Part shown: piece after piece, positions 16,389 to 25,200 of the stretch
Numbering within the stretch: the stretch's first letter is position 1
Layout of the letters: each line of letters opens with the position of its first letter
Assembly: GCF_004102945.1 (NCBI RefSeq)
Contig: NZ_CP019384.1
Span: 1,560,001-1,592,000, forward strand
Direction of reading: 5' to 3'
Source of the DNA: Candidatus Velamenicoccus archaeovorus
GTDB lineage: Bacteria > Omnitrophota > Gorgyraeia > Velamenicoccales > Velamenicoccaceae
Length of the DNA stretch: 32,000 bases
Position numbers and translations under genes: made by a program
The notes under the pieces: generated by a model
Told to the model about the DNA's origin: nothing
Database searches by the model: none
Seen by the model: the letters and a program-made list of their open reading frames with translations, nothing else

Positions 16389-16429
16389 GGTTGCGGGGGT
16401 CCGGGGTCTATAGAACTTCCTCTCCCTGC
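16388..16429. repeat. Conserved terminator-adjacent element, full copy B
   Basis: TGGTTGCGGGGGTCCGGGGTCTATAGAACTTCCTCTCCCTGC. It is a direct repeat of 10049-10090. Confidence 0.65.
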
Positions 16430-16614
16430 TTGGATCGCCTAATTATATAGCAAATTGGCTGTTTTTGGGCTGTTTTTGCGCTTTAGAGATAGTTATTTTG
16501 TCCAAAATGTCCGCCTTTTTGAAGCTCATTTATCTCTAACTTTTTGCACTGTAAATGGTAGAGATATGTCCACTCTTAAGAGGTGGACATCTATTAAAAA
16601 AATTGTTTCTCGCC

Positions 16615-16824
16615 CTACGTAACCTTAAAAAATAATCTTACAACCCATCGCATAATCAGGTCGGCTGTTTTTAAACATGCTAAAACCGCCAAAACAAGTA
16701 AAATTATTGCAATTATCGACAACACCTCTATCAATCTGCTTATATTGCCATCTTCTTTGCTTCTTAGAAATGTTTGTTTTAATCTTGTCTTCACGGCTAT
16801 TCTCTTCAACATAGTGATAAACAA
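16615..16824 (-). CDS. Small membrane protein, hypothetical
   Basis: 69 aa with a TTG start (ATG alternative at 16812), beginning 3 nt after the radical SAM stop. It has a basic N-terminus and one clear TM helix (VLSIIAIILLVLAVLACL). Confidence 0.45.
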   Translation of the reverse strand: MFITMLKRIAVKTRLKQTFLRSKEDGNISRLIEVLSIIAIILLVLAVLACLKTADLIMRWVVRLFFKVT

Positions 16825-16827
16825 AAA

Positions 16828-18270
16828 TTAAATAAACGCCTCGCCCTTCAAGAAACATTCCTCTGCCTTGGATGCAACTTCCATATAATTACGGCAACAA
16901 GCAGCCACTAAAGGACTGGAGTATCCATGAAGCATTCTTTGAATCCGTTTTTGCTTGGAATAAAACTCTCTATTCATCCATGCAGCCAAACGATTAATTT
17001 CTTCTCTTGAAAGATATTTTGTAGGCATTAAAGCATGGGCCATATCAAAAAAACGGAAATCTTTTATTTCCAGTCTCGGGCTATCCTTTAATTCATCCCA
17101 CAGGTCTGTCCCCGGATAAGGAACAAGGATATCGACAGTCATTAAATCGGGGTCCAACTCGTCCAATAGTTGGGCACGACGCTTGATTATCGCCTCATCA
17201 TCATCCCAAAAACCGATCATTATAGTTCCACAAGTAGCTATATCATTTCTGCGCAACTCATCAATACCATGTTTAATTTCGGATATGGTGATATTCTTAC
17301 CCATAGACTTTAGCTTTTCGTCAGTCTCGGCCTCTACGCCGACTAGGGTCAAAATACAACCGGCTTTTCTCATCTTGGGAAATAACCCAATCTGTTTAGC
17401 GAATGCATCGGCCCTGCCTAAAAACATCCAAGAAAAATGCAAATCTCTTTTTATGACTTCATCGCAGAATTCTTCGATACGTTCAGCCTGATTATTAAAT
17501 TCATCATCCTGGATATCAAACATTTGGACGCCGTATTTCGTGACCAAAAGTTCGGCCTGATCGGCTATGCGTTTGCCGGAAAGACCTCTCCAAATGCCAA
17601 CATTTTCTTTCATTCTCTTATCGTACTGTTGCCATTGAACGCAGAAGCTGCACCTGCCAGAACAACCTCTACTGGTTACTATCCGCACGGCCCTTGGCCA
17701 GTAAGAATAATGAACATACTTTTCTATCGGAAATAAATGGTAAGCAGGAAGCGGCAAAGAATCTAAATCTTTGATGAGACAGCGTGGCTGGGTTAAGACA
17801 ACCTTGCCATTTTTTCTATAGCCTAAACCGTTTATTTTGTCGTAATCAGGGCTTCTTTTTTTAGATTCTTCTAAAAATTCCAAGAGGGTATTTTCACCTT
17901 CTCCGACAACAACAAAATCAATCTCCGGATGTTCCTTTAGGGATTCAATAGGCATAGCATTAAAATGCATTCCCCCGCAGAGAATTTTTATATCTGGAAA
18001 TCTCTTTTTAATCTGCTGGGCTGCCTCATATACGCAATGAACCCAAGTCGTACCGCACCCCATGCCGATAATATCGGGCTTAATCGTATTGATCTCATCC
18101 AACATCTGCTGATGAGTATATTCATAAGCTGGACAGTCCAAAACAGCGACCTCGACATCCGACTTCTCAAGTAAATAAGCGGCCAATTGGGCATATCCAG
18201 GATAGATAGATTTCATTCTTCCAAAATAAACCCACATACCCATAGGCGGGGTCAAAAATAATATCTTCAT
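16828..18270 (-). CDS. B12-binding domain radical SAM protein (class B)
   Basis: ATG with GAGGA upstream. The cobalamin-binding N-domain (KILFLTPP...DIIGMGCGT...ILCGGMH) is followed by SRGCSGRCSFC (CxxxCxxC). Confidence 0.9.
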   Translation of the reverse strand: MKILFLTPPMGMWVYFGRMKSIYPGYAQLAAYLLEKSDVEVAVLDCPAYEYTHQQMLDEINTIKPDIIGMGCGTTWVHCVYEAAQQIKKRFPDIKILCGGMHFNAMPIESLKEHPEIDFVVVGEGENTLLEFLEESKKRSPDYDKINGLGYRKNGKVVLTQPRCLIKDLDSLPLPAYHLFPIEKYVHYSYWPRAVRIVTSRGCSGRCSFCVQWQQYDKRMKENVGIWRGLSGKRIADQAELLVTKYGVQMFDIQDDEFNNQAERIEEFCDEVIKRDLHFSWMFLGRADAFAKQIGLFPKMRKAGCILTLVGVEAETDEKLKSMGKNITISEIKHGIDELRRNDIATCGTIMIGFWDDDEAIIKRRAQLLDELDPDLMTVDILVPYPGTDLWDELKDSPRLEIKDFRFFDMAHALMPTKYLSREEINRLAAWMNREFYSKQKRIQRMLHGYSSPLVAACCRNYMEVASKAEECFLKGEAFI

Positions 18271-18273
18271 CGG

Positions 18274-18729
18274 CTAATCCTCATTATTATCGACTTTTAA
18301 TTTTCCTTTATTCAACCCCATACAAACACCATAAAATGTACCGTCTGGAAAATCTTTCATTTCTTTGCCGTCGGGCGTCATCTGGGCTTTCCTCAACAAG
18401 GCAACAATGCCCTGGGCTATCTCGTGGATCAGATCGACCAGGTGGATGCAGCCCTGATCGCCCCCTATCGCCTTTTTGACCTTCTGGCGGAATCCTCTTC
18501 CGACCGCTACCCCCCTTAAACCAACCAATCTGTCAAAAGGGACTCGGCAGACTTCTTTCGGCAGTTTATTAATTTCGACTTTAACATCCACCACTTCTAA
18601 ATTGGGCAGTTTAAAAATCATCCTACATTTAAAATCGTGATAATCATCGGAAAAACTGCCCGAAGACAGAATCCTGCCTCTCTCTTTTTCTATTTCGAGA
18701 TCTATTTGGATATTGCGGGCGAATTTCAT
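18274..18729 (-). CDS. DUF2889 family protein
   Basis: The D.YHDF, P...C and GGDQGCIHLVDLIHEIAQ motifs match my memory of the DUF2889 signature (G..GC.HL..L). ATG with GAGGA upstream. Confidence 0.7.
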   Translation of the reverse strand: MKFARNIQIDLEIEKERGRILSSGSFSDDYHDFKCRMIFKLPNLEVVDVKVEINKLPKEVCRVPFDRLVGLRGVAVGRGFRQKVKKAIGGDQGCIHLVDLIHEIAQGIVALLRKAQMTPDGKEMKDFPDGTFYGVCMGLNKGKLKVDNNED

Positions 18730-18738
18730 GCGCGATCC

Positions 18739-19176
18739 TCACAAATCCAAGATCTTGAGCTTCTTGGATAATTCAATAAAGATTTTTCTTTCTTCAGAAC
18801 CCAAATCGCAGGCTATCTTTTTAAAAAAAGCCGTTAATTTCTTCCGATAGCTGTCGCTTTTTGCTTTACCGTTTTTGCTGATCCTGATAAGCACGGTCCT
18901 TCTGTCTTTCGGATCGTACTCGCGCGCTGCCATCTTTTTCTCAACCAACCTACCAATCAAGCCGGTCATTGCCGCCCGAGTCAAACCAAATTCATTTGCC
19001 AGCGCAGTCATGCTTACGGAAGATTTATCTTTCAAAAAAGTAAGCGCCTGCGCTTGTTGATAACTTAGGTCTATTTCTTTTGCCGCGGCCTCCAGGCGTT
19101 TCCTAAGGACGAGATAAAGTTTCAGAGACGCATCTGCCAAATTTTCGTAAACTAAGCGACGGGACAAATTTTCCAT
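18739..19176 (-). CDS. MarR family transcriptional regulator
   Basis: Winged-helix region LSYQQAQALTFLKDKSSVSMTALANEFGLTRAAMTGLIGRLVEKKMAAREYDPKDRRTVLIRIS. The ATG at 19176 (AAGGA upstream) is preferred over the track start at 19251, which overlaps the upstream gene. Confidence 0.85.
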   Translation of the reverse strand: MENLSRRLVYENLADASLKLYLVLRKRLEAAAKEIDLSYQQAQALTFLKDKSSVSMTALANEFGLTRAAMTGLIGRLVEKKMAAREYDPKDRRTVLIRISKNGKAKSDSYRKKLTAFFKKIACDLGSEERKIFIELSKKLKILDL

Positions 19177-19213
19177 GATCAATTTTCCTTGGGGCTTCCC
19201 CTGTGTCTGATTC

Positions 19214-19870
19214 CTATATCCAGCCCTGTTCCTTCCAGTAGCGATATTCACCAGGCCAGTCTTCTTTCTTTGCCATAATCACTTGCTTAAAATACTCCCT
19301 CTGGGTCTGGATAACCGCTTCTTCAACAGGAAATATCTTCTTTCTTTTTATAGCCTCGCTTAAATCCACGCCTAAATTATACGCCTTCCTTTTTATCTCT
19401 TTGTCAAGAGGTACCGCGGTAGAAACTCCACCCACATAGCGGGCTCCGCAGGCAGTCGTATATTGTTTTATGTATTCCGGAACCATATCATGCGGCCCGC
19501 CTCCCGATGTTGCCACTGCCGCCGCATATTTCTCCAATAATCTCTGGCAGTGGATAAAATGGCTTGAGCGATCCAAGAGATTTTTTAAGTGACCTGTAAT
19601 ATGGTGGATGTATACGGGACTGGCAAAAATAATCGCATCGGCCTCCAATATTTTCTGTTGCAAAAGACGGACATCGTCTTTTATGGGGCAGGATAAGATG
19701 TTTTTATGGCAGGCCTCGCAATGCCGGCAGAATTCTATTTTATAGTCGCAGAGATGGATGATTTCTTCGCAAAAACCATGTCCTTGCGCAGCAGAAAGTG
19801 CTTCTTTAAGCAGATCCAAGGTGTTGCTTTTATTTTTGCGCGGACTGGCCAGAATACCCAATATTTTCAT
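19214..19870 (-). CDS. Flavodoxin-fold NAD(P)H-dependent FMN reductase / iron-sulfur flavoprotein-like protein
   Basis: MKILGILASPRKNKSNT, a CRHCEAC......CP cysteine cluster and IFASPVYIHHITG match the Isf/NADPH-FMN-reductase layout. Confidence 0.8.
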   Translation of the reverse strand: MKILGILASPRKNKSNTLDLLKEALSAAQGHGFCEEIIHLCDYKIEFCRHCEACHKNILSCPIKDDVRLLQQKILEADAIIFASPVYIHHITGHLKNLLDRSSHFIHCQRLLEKYAAAVATSGGGPHDMVPEYIKQYTTACGARYVGGVSTAVPLDKEIKRKAYNLGVDLSEAIKRKKIFPVEEAVIQTQREYFKQVIMAKKEDWPGEYRYWKEQGWI

Positions 19871-20471
19871 TCTCTCTAACCCCTTCTTTTAACGCCTCAT
19901 TAAATTTCTTCAGCTTACCGCCTCCTGCGATTACTGCCAAGGCAGCGTCAACGACCTTAACATCATATAGCAGACCGCTATTTTGTTTGATCTCCTGCAA
20001 GGCCTGATCCACTGTGGATGCAGGCCTATACACCTGCGGGGAGGTCATCGTATCTACCACATCGGCAACCGCAATTATTCTTGCTACAGGATTAATATCC
20101 TTGACGCGCAAACTGAAAGGATACCCTGAGCCATCCAGTCTTTCGTGGTGCTGAAGCGCGACTTCCGCAATGATAGAATCCGGTTTTAGAAATTCCAACA
20201 AACGATATCCTGACTCCGGGTGCCTCCTGAGTATCGCAATCTCTTTTTTATTGAGAGCGCTCGGCTTATTAAGAATCTGTTCCGGCGCCTCGATTTTTCC
20301 GATATCATGGAAAAATGCCGCTAAGCGGACCTGCCTGATACCCTCCGCGCAATATTGCATTTTCTTGGCAATGGCGCAGGCAATGTCCGCAACCCGTTTT
20401 CCATGCATAAAAATCCGCTTATCTTTGTTTAAAAGCCTTATGATCAAAAACAACGAGTCCAAGACATCCAT
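19830..20471 (-). CDS. Stand-alone HD-GYP domain protein (putative c-di-GMP phosphodiesterase)
   Basis: The HGKRVA, FFHDIGK and HHERLDGSGYP motifs are present. There is no N-terminal sensor domain. Confidence 0.9.
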   Translation of the reverse strand: MDVLDSLFLIIRLLNKDKRIFMHGKRVADIACAIAKKMQYCAEGIRQVRLAAFFHDIGKIEAPEQILNKPSALNKKEIAILRRHPESGYRLLEFLKPDSIIAEVALQHHERLDGSGYPFSLRVKDINPVARIIAVADVVDTMTSPQVYRPASTVDQALQEIKQNSGLLYDVKVVDAALAVIAGGGKLKKFNEALKEGVRENENIGYSGQSAQK

Positions 20472-20510
20472 TATCTGTTTTGTTTTAAAAATCCCTGTTT
20501 GTCCGAGAGG

Positions 20511-20791
20511 TCATTCTCCAGATCTTATATATAAATATTCTACGGCATCTCCGATTATCAGAAACTTATCGGCGTCATCATCGGAAATTTCCACGTTAAA
20601 CTCATCCTCCAGGATCACCGCCGCTTCTATATAATCCAAGGAATCAAAATTCAGGTCTTCTTTACAATGAGTATTTGGCTCCAACTCAAGTTCAGTATGT
20701 TTAATTTTTTAGCTAGCACCTGCTTTATTCTCTGAATATATTCCTGCTTCTGATATTCCGGGATTTCCAGCTTTTTCTTAAAAAATTTCAT
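20511..20791 (-). pseudogene. Acyl carrier protein-like gene interrupted by a -1 frame change at an A6 run
   Basis: The N-terminal frame (ATG 20791) reads MKFFKKKLEIPEYQKQEYIQRIKQVLAKK... and stops at 20651. The -1 frame continues ...ELELEPNTHCKEDLNFDSLDYIEAAVILEDEFNVEISDDDADKFLIIGDAVEYL (ACP DSL motif; Ser codon 20640-20642) to the stop at 20511. The frames join at the A6 run 20705-20710. Confidence 0.65.
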
Positions 20792-20798
20792 TCTACCC

Positions 20799-21014
20799 TT
20801 AAAGTCCTCTATAAATTTTATCCCCCGCTTTTCCCAAAAGCTTGCTGAAATATTTTTCCGGCATGAGGCTGATTATCTTTTTATCGGCTTGAGCAAAAAC
20901 CAACAGGCGGTCCCGCGGCTTAATAGCGAAAGATTTTCTTAATTTGGCCGGGATAACTACCTGCCCTCTCTTTCCTACTTTTACAGCGCCATGAATTTTG
21001 CTTTTAAAACGCAT
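20799..21014 (-). CDS. AbrB/SpoVT-type DNA-binding domain protein
   Basis: VKVGKRGQVVIPAKLRKSFAIKPRDRLLVF is a swapped-hairpin AbrB/MazE-like motif. Its ATG overlaps the upstream stop (TGATG). Confidence 0.8.
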   Translation of the reverse strand: MRFKSKIHGAVKVGKRGQVVIPAKLRKSFAIKPRDRLLVFAQADKKIISLMPEKYFSKLLGKAGDKIYRGL

Positions 21015-21226
21015 CAATCATCCTTTGCCATTACGATTACAACATAAGCTATAACAATTATGGCTGCGATAATCCGCATTTTTTCTTTAACGATAAAATG
21101 ATAATCGTAGCCTATATGTATCCCAAACCAAGAAAGCGAATGCCATTCTTCCCTAAGCCCTGAAAATAGCAAGGCAAGAATGGCACCGATCAATAATGCG
21201 TATTTGCGCACCCTGCCGATTTTCAT
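21014..21226 (-). CDS. Small two-TM membrane protein, hypothetical
   Basis: 70 aa; ATG with GGGGAG upstream; two hydrophobic helices; translationally coupled to the AbrB-like gene. Confidence 0.55.
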   Translation of the reverse strand: MKIGRVRKYALLIGAILALLFSGLREEWHSLSWFGIHIGYDYHFIVKEKMRIIAAIIVIAYVVIVMAKDD

Positions 21227-21271
21227 CCGGCTCCCCTTAGGTTATCCCATCCAAACTCCAGACAAACTCCT

Positions 21272-21886
21272 TTACATCTTTATTACAACCTCATCAAAAT
21301 TTTTTCTCCTTAAGCGTGTGAGCAAAGGTTTTTCTTTGTCGTGATAACCTACAGCAATAAGCATCGCTACCTCATATCTATCAGGGATATTGAATGCCTC
21401 TTTGACTTTATCCTGCTCAAAACCATCCATGGGATGAGTATCAATGCCAAGGTATTTAGCAGCCAATATAAAACTCATTGCAAAAAGCCCCGCATTTCTT
21501 AAGGCAAATCCTCTGGCGGAAATATCATTCCCATAAAGGCTTTTGGCAAGCCCTGCGTAGGTATCTCTTGCTTCTTCTTTTTGATAGCCTTTCTCTACCA
21601 TATCATCAAAGACTTTATTTATTTCTTCATATCCTTTGATATCCGCTAGTAAAACAACTATAACTGAAGCCTCTTCTACTTTGGGTTGGTTTAAGGCTGC
21701 CTGGCGCAGTTTCTTTTTCTCCTCAGGGTTAGAGATCAAAAGTATCTTCCAAGGCTGAAGGTTAAATGAGGAAGGGCAAAGACTTGCCATCGCATAAATT
21801 TTCTTGACTTCTTCTTCGCTTACTTTGCGTTTTGCATCAAAAAAATTTACTGATCGCCTTTGTTTAAATACCTCTCTTAAATCCAT
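21272..21886 (-). CDS. Nitroreductase family protein
   Basis: RRSVNFFD, PSSFNLQPW and the GYEE... layout fit the family. A strong AGGAGG RBS is present. Confidence 0.9.
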   Translation of the reverse strand: MDLREVFKQRRSVNFFDAKRKVSEEEVKKIYAMASLCPSSFNLQPWKILLISNPEEKKKLRQAALNQPKVEEASVIVVLLADIKGYEEINKVFDDMVEKGYQKEEARDTYAGLAKSLYGNDISARGFALRNAGLFAMSFILAAKYLGIDTHPMDGFEQDKVKEAFNIPDRYEVAMLIAVGYHDKEKPLLTRLRRKNFDEVVIKM

Positions 21887-21900
21887 TCTCGCGCCTCCTT

Positions 21901-22200
21901 TTAAGTCATCTCCTCAAGCGGTAAAACAAATGCCTTTACGCCTTCTTTGCCCAATTTCTTGCGCAATTCTTTAACATACAAAATGAGCTGCCTTGCTTCA
22001 TTGTCTTGACAGGCCGCGTATAAAATATTGTTCCTGCCGGGCCAGATGTCATCGCCTAAATGCGTGCCGCTGGTTTCGCCCTTACCAAAGACTCCTTTTA
22101 TCTTAGTGTAATTCTTCACCCCGCAACTCTCCAAAATCTCCATTACTTCATCGTCAATCGCTTCATTATAGGTAATCATTGTCATCATCATCGTCATCAT
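21901..22200 (-). CDS. Small P-II-like RND transporter-associated protein (resembles the DUF3240 / PG0541-type families, from memory)
   Basis: 99 aa with a Met/Thr-rich start, then ITYNEAIDDEVMEILESCGVKNYTKIKGVFGKGETSGTHLGDDIWPG. Its ATG overlaps the RND stop (ATGA). Confidence 0.6.
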   Translation of the reverse strand: MMTMMMTMITYNEAIDDEVMEILESCGVKNYTKIKGVFGKGETSGTHLGDDIWPGRNNILYAACQDNEARQLILYVKELRKKLGKEGVKAFVLPLEEMT

Positions 22201-25200
22201 TTCTTTTTGCCTCCCTGCCTGCCGGCAGGCAGGCGTTCTTTTCTAATCTTTGCCTCAAACACAGCGTAAAGCGTAGGCACAAAAAACATAGTAACTAACG
22301 TAGATAAACTAAGTCCTCCTAGCATAGTAATACCTAGCGGCTGCCAAACCTCTGAGCCCTCTCCTGTTGAAAGAGCTAAAGGCAGGAGCCCAGCTACGGT
22401 GGTAATCGTAGTCATCAACACCGGTCTTAACCTTTCTTTACCTCCGATGGTTACCGCATCCAACATAGATAATCCGCGGGCACGCAGGATATTTATATAA
22501 CTTACAAGTACTATGGCATTGTTGACCACTATTCCCATAAGCATAACCATACCCAAGAAGGTTATTACACTCAAAGTAGTTCCTGTCAAAATAAACCCCA
22601 GGATTACTCCGGTAAAAGTAAAGGGTATAGCAAACATAATAATAAACGGGTCCAATAAAGACTCAAATTGCGCGGCCATAACCATATATACCAAGGCAAT
22701 GCCTAACAGTAAGAGAAGAATCAAATCCTTGAATGCCTTTCCCTGCTCTTCTGCCTCGCCGCCAAAATTTATCACAATATCCGAGGGTATGGTTATCTTC
22801 TTGAGGCTCTTTTTAATATCCTCAATAACCTTACCCATTGAGCGCTTATAGGTATTACATTCTACTCTCAGCACTCTTTCGCGGTTCTTACGCTCAATCT
22901 CAATAGGGCCTGCGGTTTCATAAACCCTGGCAACCGTGCTTAATTTAATCTGTTTTCCCGTAAAAGGTGAGACTATGGAAAGATTCTCCACGTCTTCGGG
23001 TTTGGCGCGGAACTGCTCTTCCAGGCGCACATATATGTCGTAGGTTTCTCCCTTTTCGCGGTATTTAGTGGCGGTTGCGCCCTCCACAAAAGTCTTGATG
23101 CTGTCGGCAATAGTGCGCATATTCAGACCCAAGGCCGCTGCCTTTTCCCGGTACACCTCTATTCTTAGCTCCGGCCGGTTCAATTCGCGGGAAATACTTA
23201 TATCAATTGCCCCCGGTATTTTTTCCATAATTTCTTTTATTTTTTGCGCCACTGTATTCGTGTCTTCAAAAGAATGGCCGATAATTTCAACCTGAACCTG
23301 TTTGCCTGCTGTGCCGGTAATTATTCTGCCGATGGGGCTTCCTGTTGTGATATCGGTCTTTAAGACGCCGGGGATTTGCCTGATTCTATTTCTGATGACT
23401 TGGGCGATTTCTTTAACCGAGCGCTTTCTTTCGGTTTTAGGCACAAGCTTAGCTCCTCCGGAAGTAATATGAGTCCCTGACTGCCCTCCAAATACCGCGC
23501 CCACGCCTGTGGTTAGCCCACTTCTTACATACATAAATTTCTCTTCCGGCGCTTCTTCTTTAAAAATATCTTCTATTTTCGTAGCAACTTTATCAGTCTC
23601 CTCTAGGCGTGTGCCTATGGGAAGATTTACTGTAGTGCGCAAATCTCCTGAATCCTGTTCGGGTATGAACTCGTTTCCCACAAAGCGGGTTAAAAATAAA
23701 CTGAAAATAAAAGCCCCCAAAAATCCAAAGATGACTATTTTTTTATGCCCCAGGCACCAGGCTAAGCATTTTCTGTAGAATTCTTCCCAGGATTTAAACC
23801 AATGTTCGGAAATCTGGTAGAATTTACTAAACCATTTAAATTTAGCTTTTGCCTGGCCATTATTAACTCCCATCCACTTAGAGGCAAGCATCGGGGTAAA
23901 TGTTACCGCAGTAAAAAGCGAGGCTAAAAGCGTGACTATTACAATGATCGCCAATTCTCCGAACATTATTCCCACCACTCCGGTAATGAAAATCAAGGGC
24001 AAGAACACTACCACGGTAGTGAGGGTGGATGCGGCAATGGCGAGAAACATCTCAGACGTACCAAAGATCGAAGCCTCCTGCAGACGTTGTCCTCTTTCCA
24101 GATGGCGATGGATATTATCCACCACAACAATCGCATTATCTACCACCATTCCTATAGCAATAGTCAAAGAAGAAAGGCTGATGGTATTGATGGTCTTGCC
24201 GCTTAAGAAAAGATAGATAAAGGCAATCAGGAGCGAAAAAGGAATGGTCAGGGCGATTACCAAACTGGGCAAAAACTGACGCAGGAAAAACCAGACTACG
24301 AGAATTACCAGGATTCCTCCTACCCAAACCGTAGATTTAAGCGAATTAAGAGAATTGATAATGTCATGAGAAGAATCCATAACCGGGTACATTTTTACGT
24401 CTTTAGGAAGAGTTTTTTGCAGCTCATCCATCTTTTTCTTCACCCGGTTTGCTACTTCCACGGTATTGGTTCCAGTCTGTTTTTGGATCATCATCAAAAG
24501 GCCCTGATGGCGGTTGATGCGCACAATGTTGGTTACTTCTTTAAAGCTATCTTCTACCCGGGCAACGTCTTTGAGGTAAACAAGATTGCCGTTGCGTTTG
24601 CCCAGGATAACCGAGTTTATCTCATCAGGAGTGGCAAACTCTCCGGGCACGCGCAGAAGATAATCCGTAAAACCGGATTTTATGCTGCCTGCCGGCTGGG
24701 TAACGTTTTCTTTAGCTAAAACATCTTGGACGTCAAGTATGGAAAACCCGTATCCCTCAAGCTTGTGCCTGTCTATCCAGATATTAATCTGGCGCTCTAA
24801 CCCTCCGTTAAGCTGCACTGTGCCTACTCCGGGAATCTGCCTTAGGGGGTCTCCTACTCTTTTGTCAATCATATCAAAAAGCTCAGGATAACTCTGCTCT
24901 GCGGTAATCCCTACCATAAGAATAGGGAACATGGCAGTATTAAATTTAAAGATAAAAGGGGTATCCATTTCATCGGGAATATCGGGGAGAAAGCGCTTGG
25001 CGCGCTCAATGCGGTCGCGGATATCATTTGAAGCCTCATCAAGATTAGTACCCCAGACAAACTTAAGCGTCACAACTGAAAGTCCCTCAAGTGAGCGCGA
25101 AGTGATTTTTTCAATTCCCGGAGTAGTGGCTAATTGGTTTTCCAGTGGTTCGCTTACCTTTATTTCTACGTCTTCAGGGCTGGCGCCTTCATAGGTAGAG

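Noticed and set aside
16214-16450. A 78-aa plus-strand track ORF, and a 28-aa minus-strand ORF at 16443..16529 that could have been a RiPP precursor for the neighbouring rSAM.
   Set aside because: The 78-aa ORF spans two long hairpins and a terminator and has no RBS. The 28-aa ORF has only a weak purine patch upstream, no Cys/Ser/Thr-rich core, and is separated from the rSAM by another gene.
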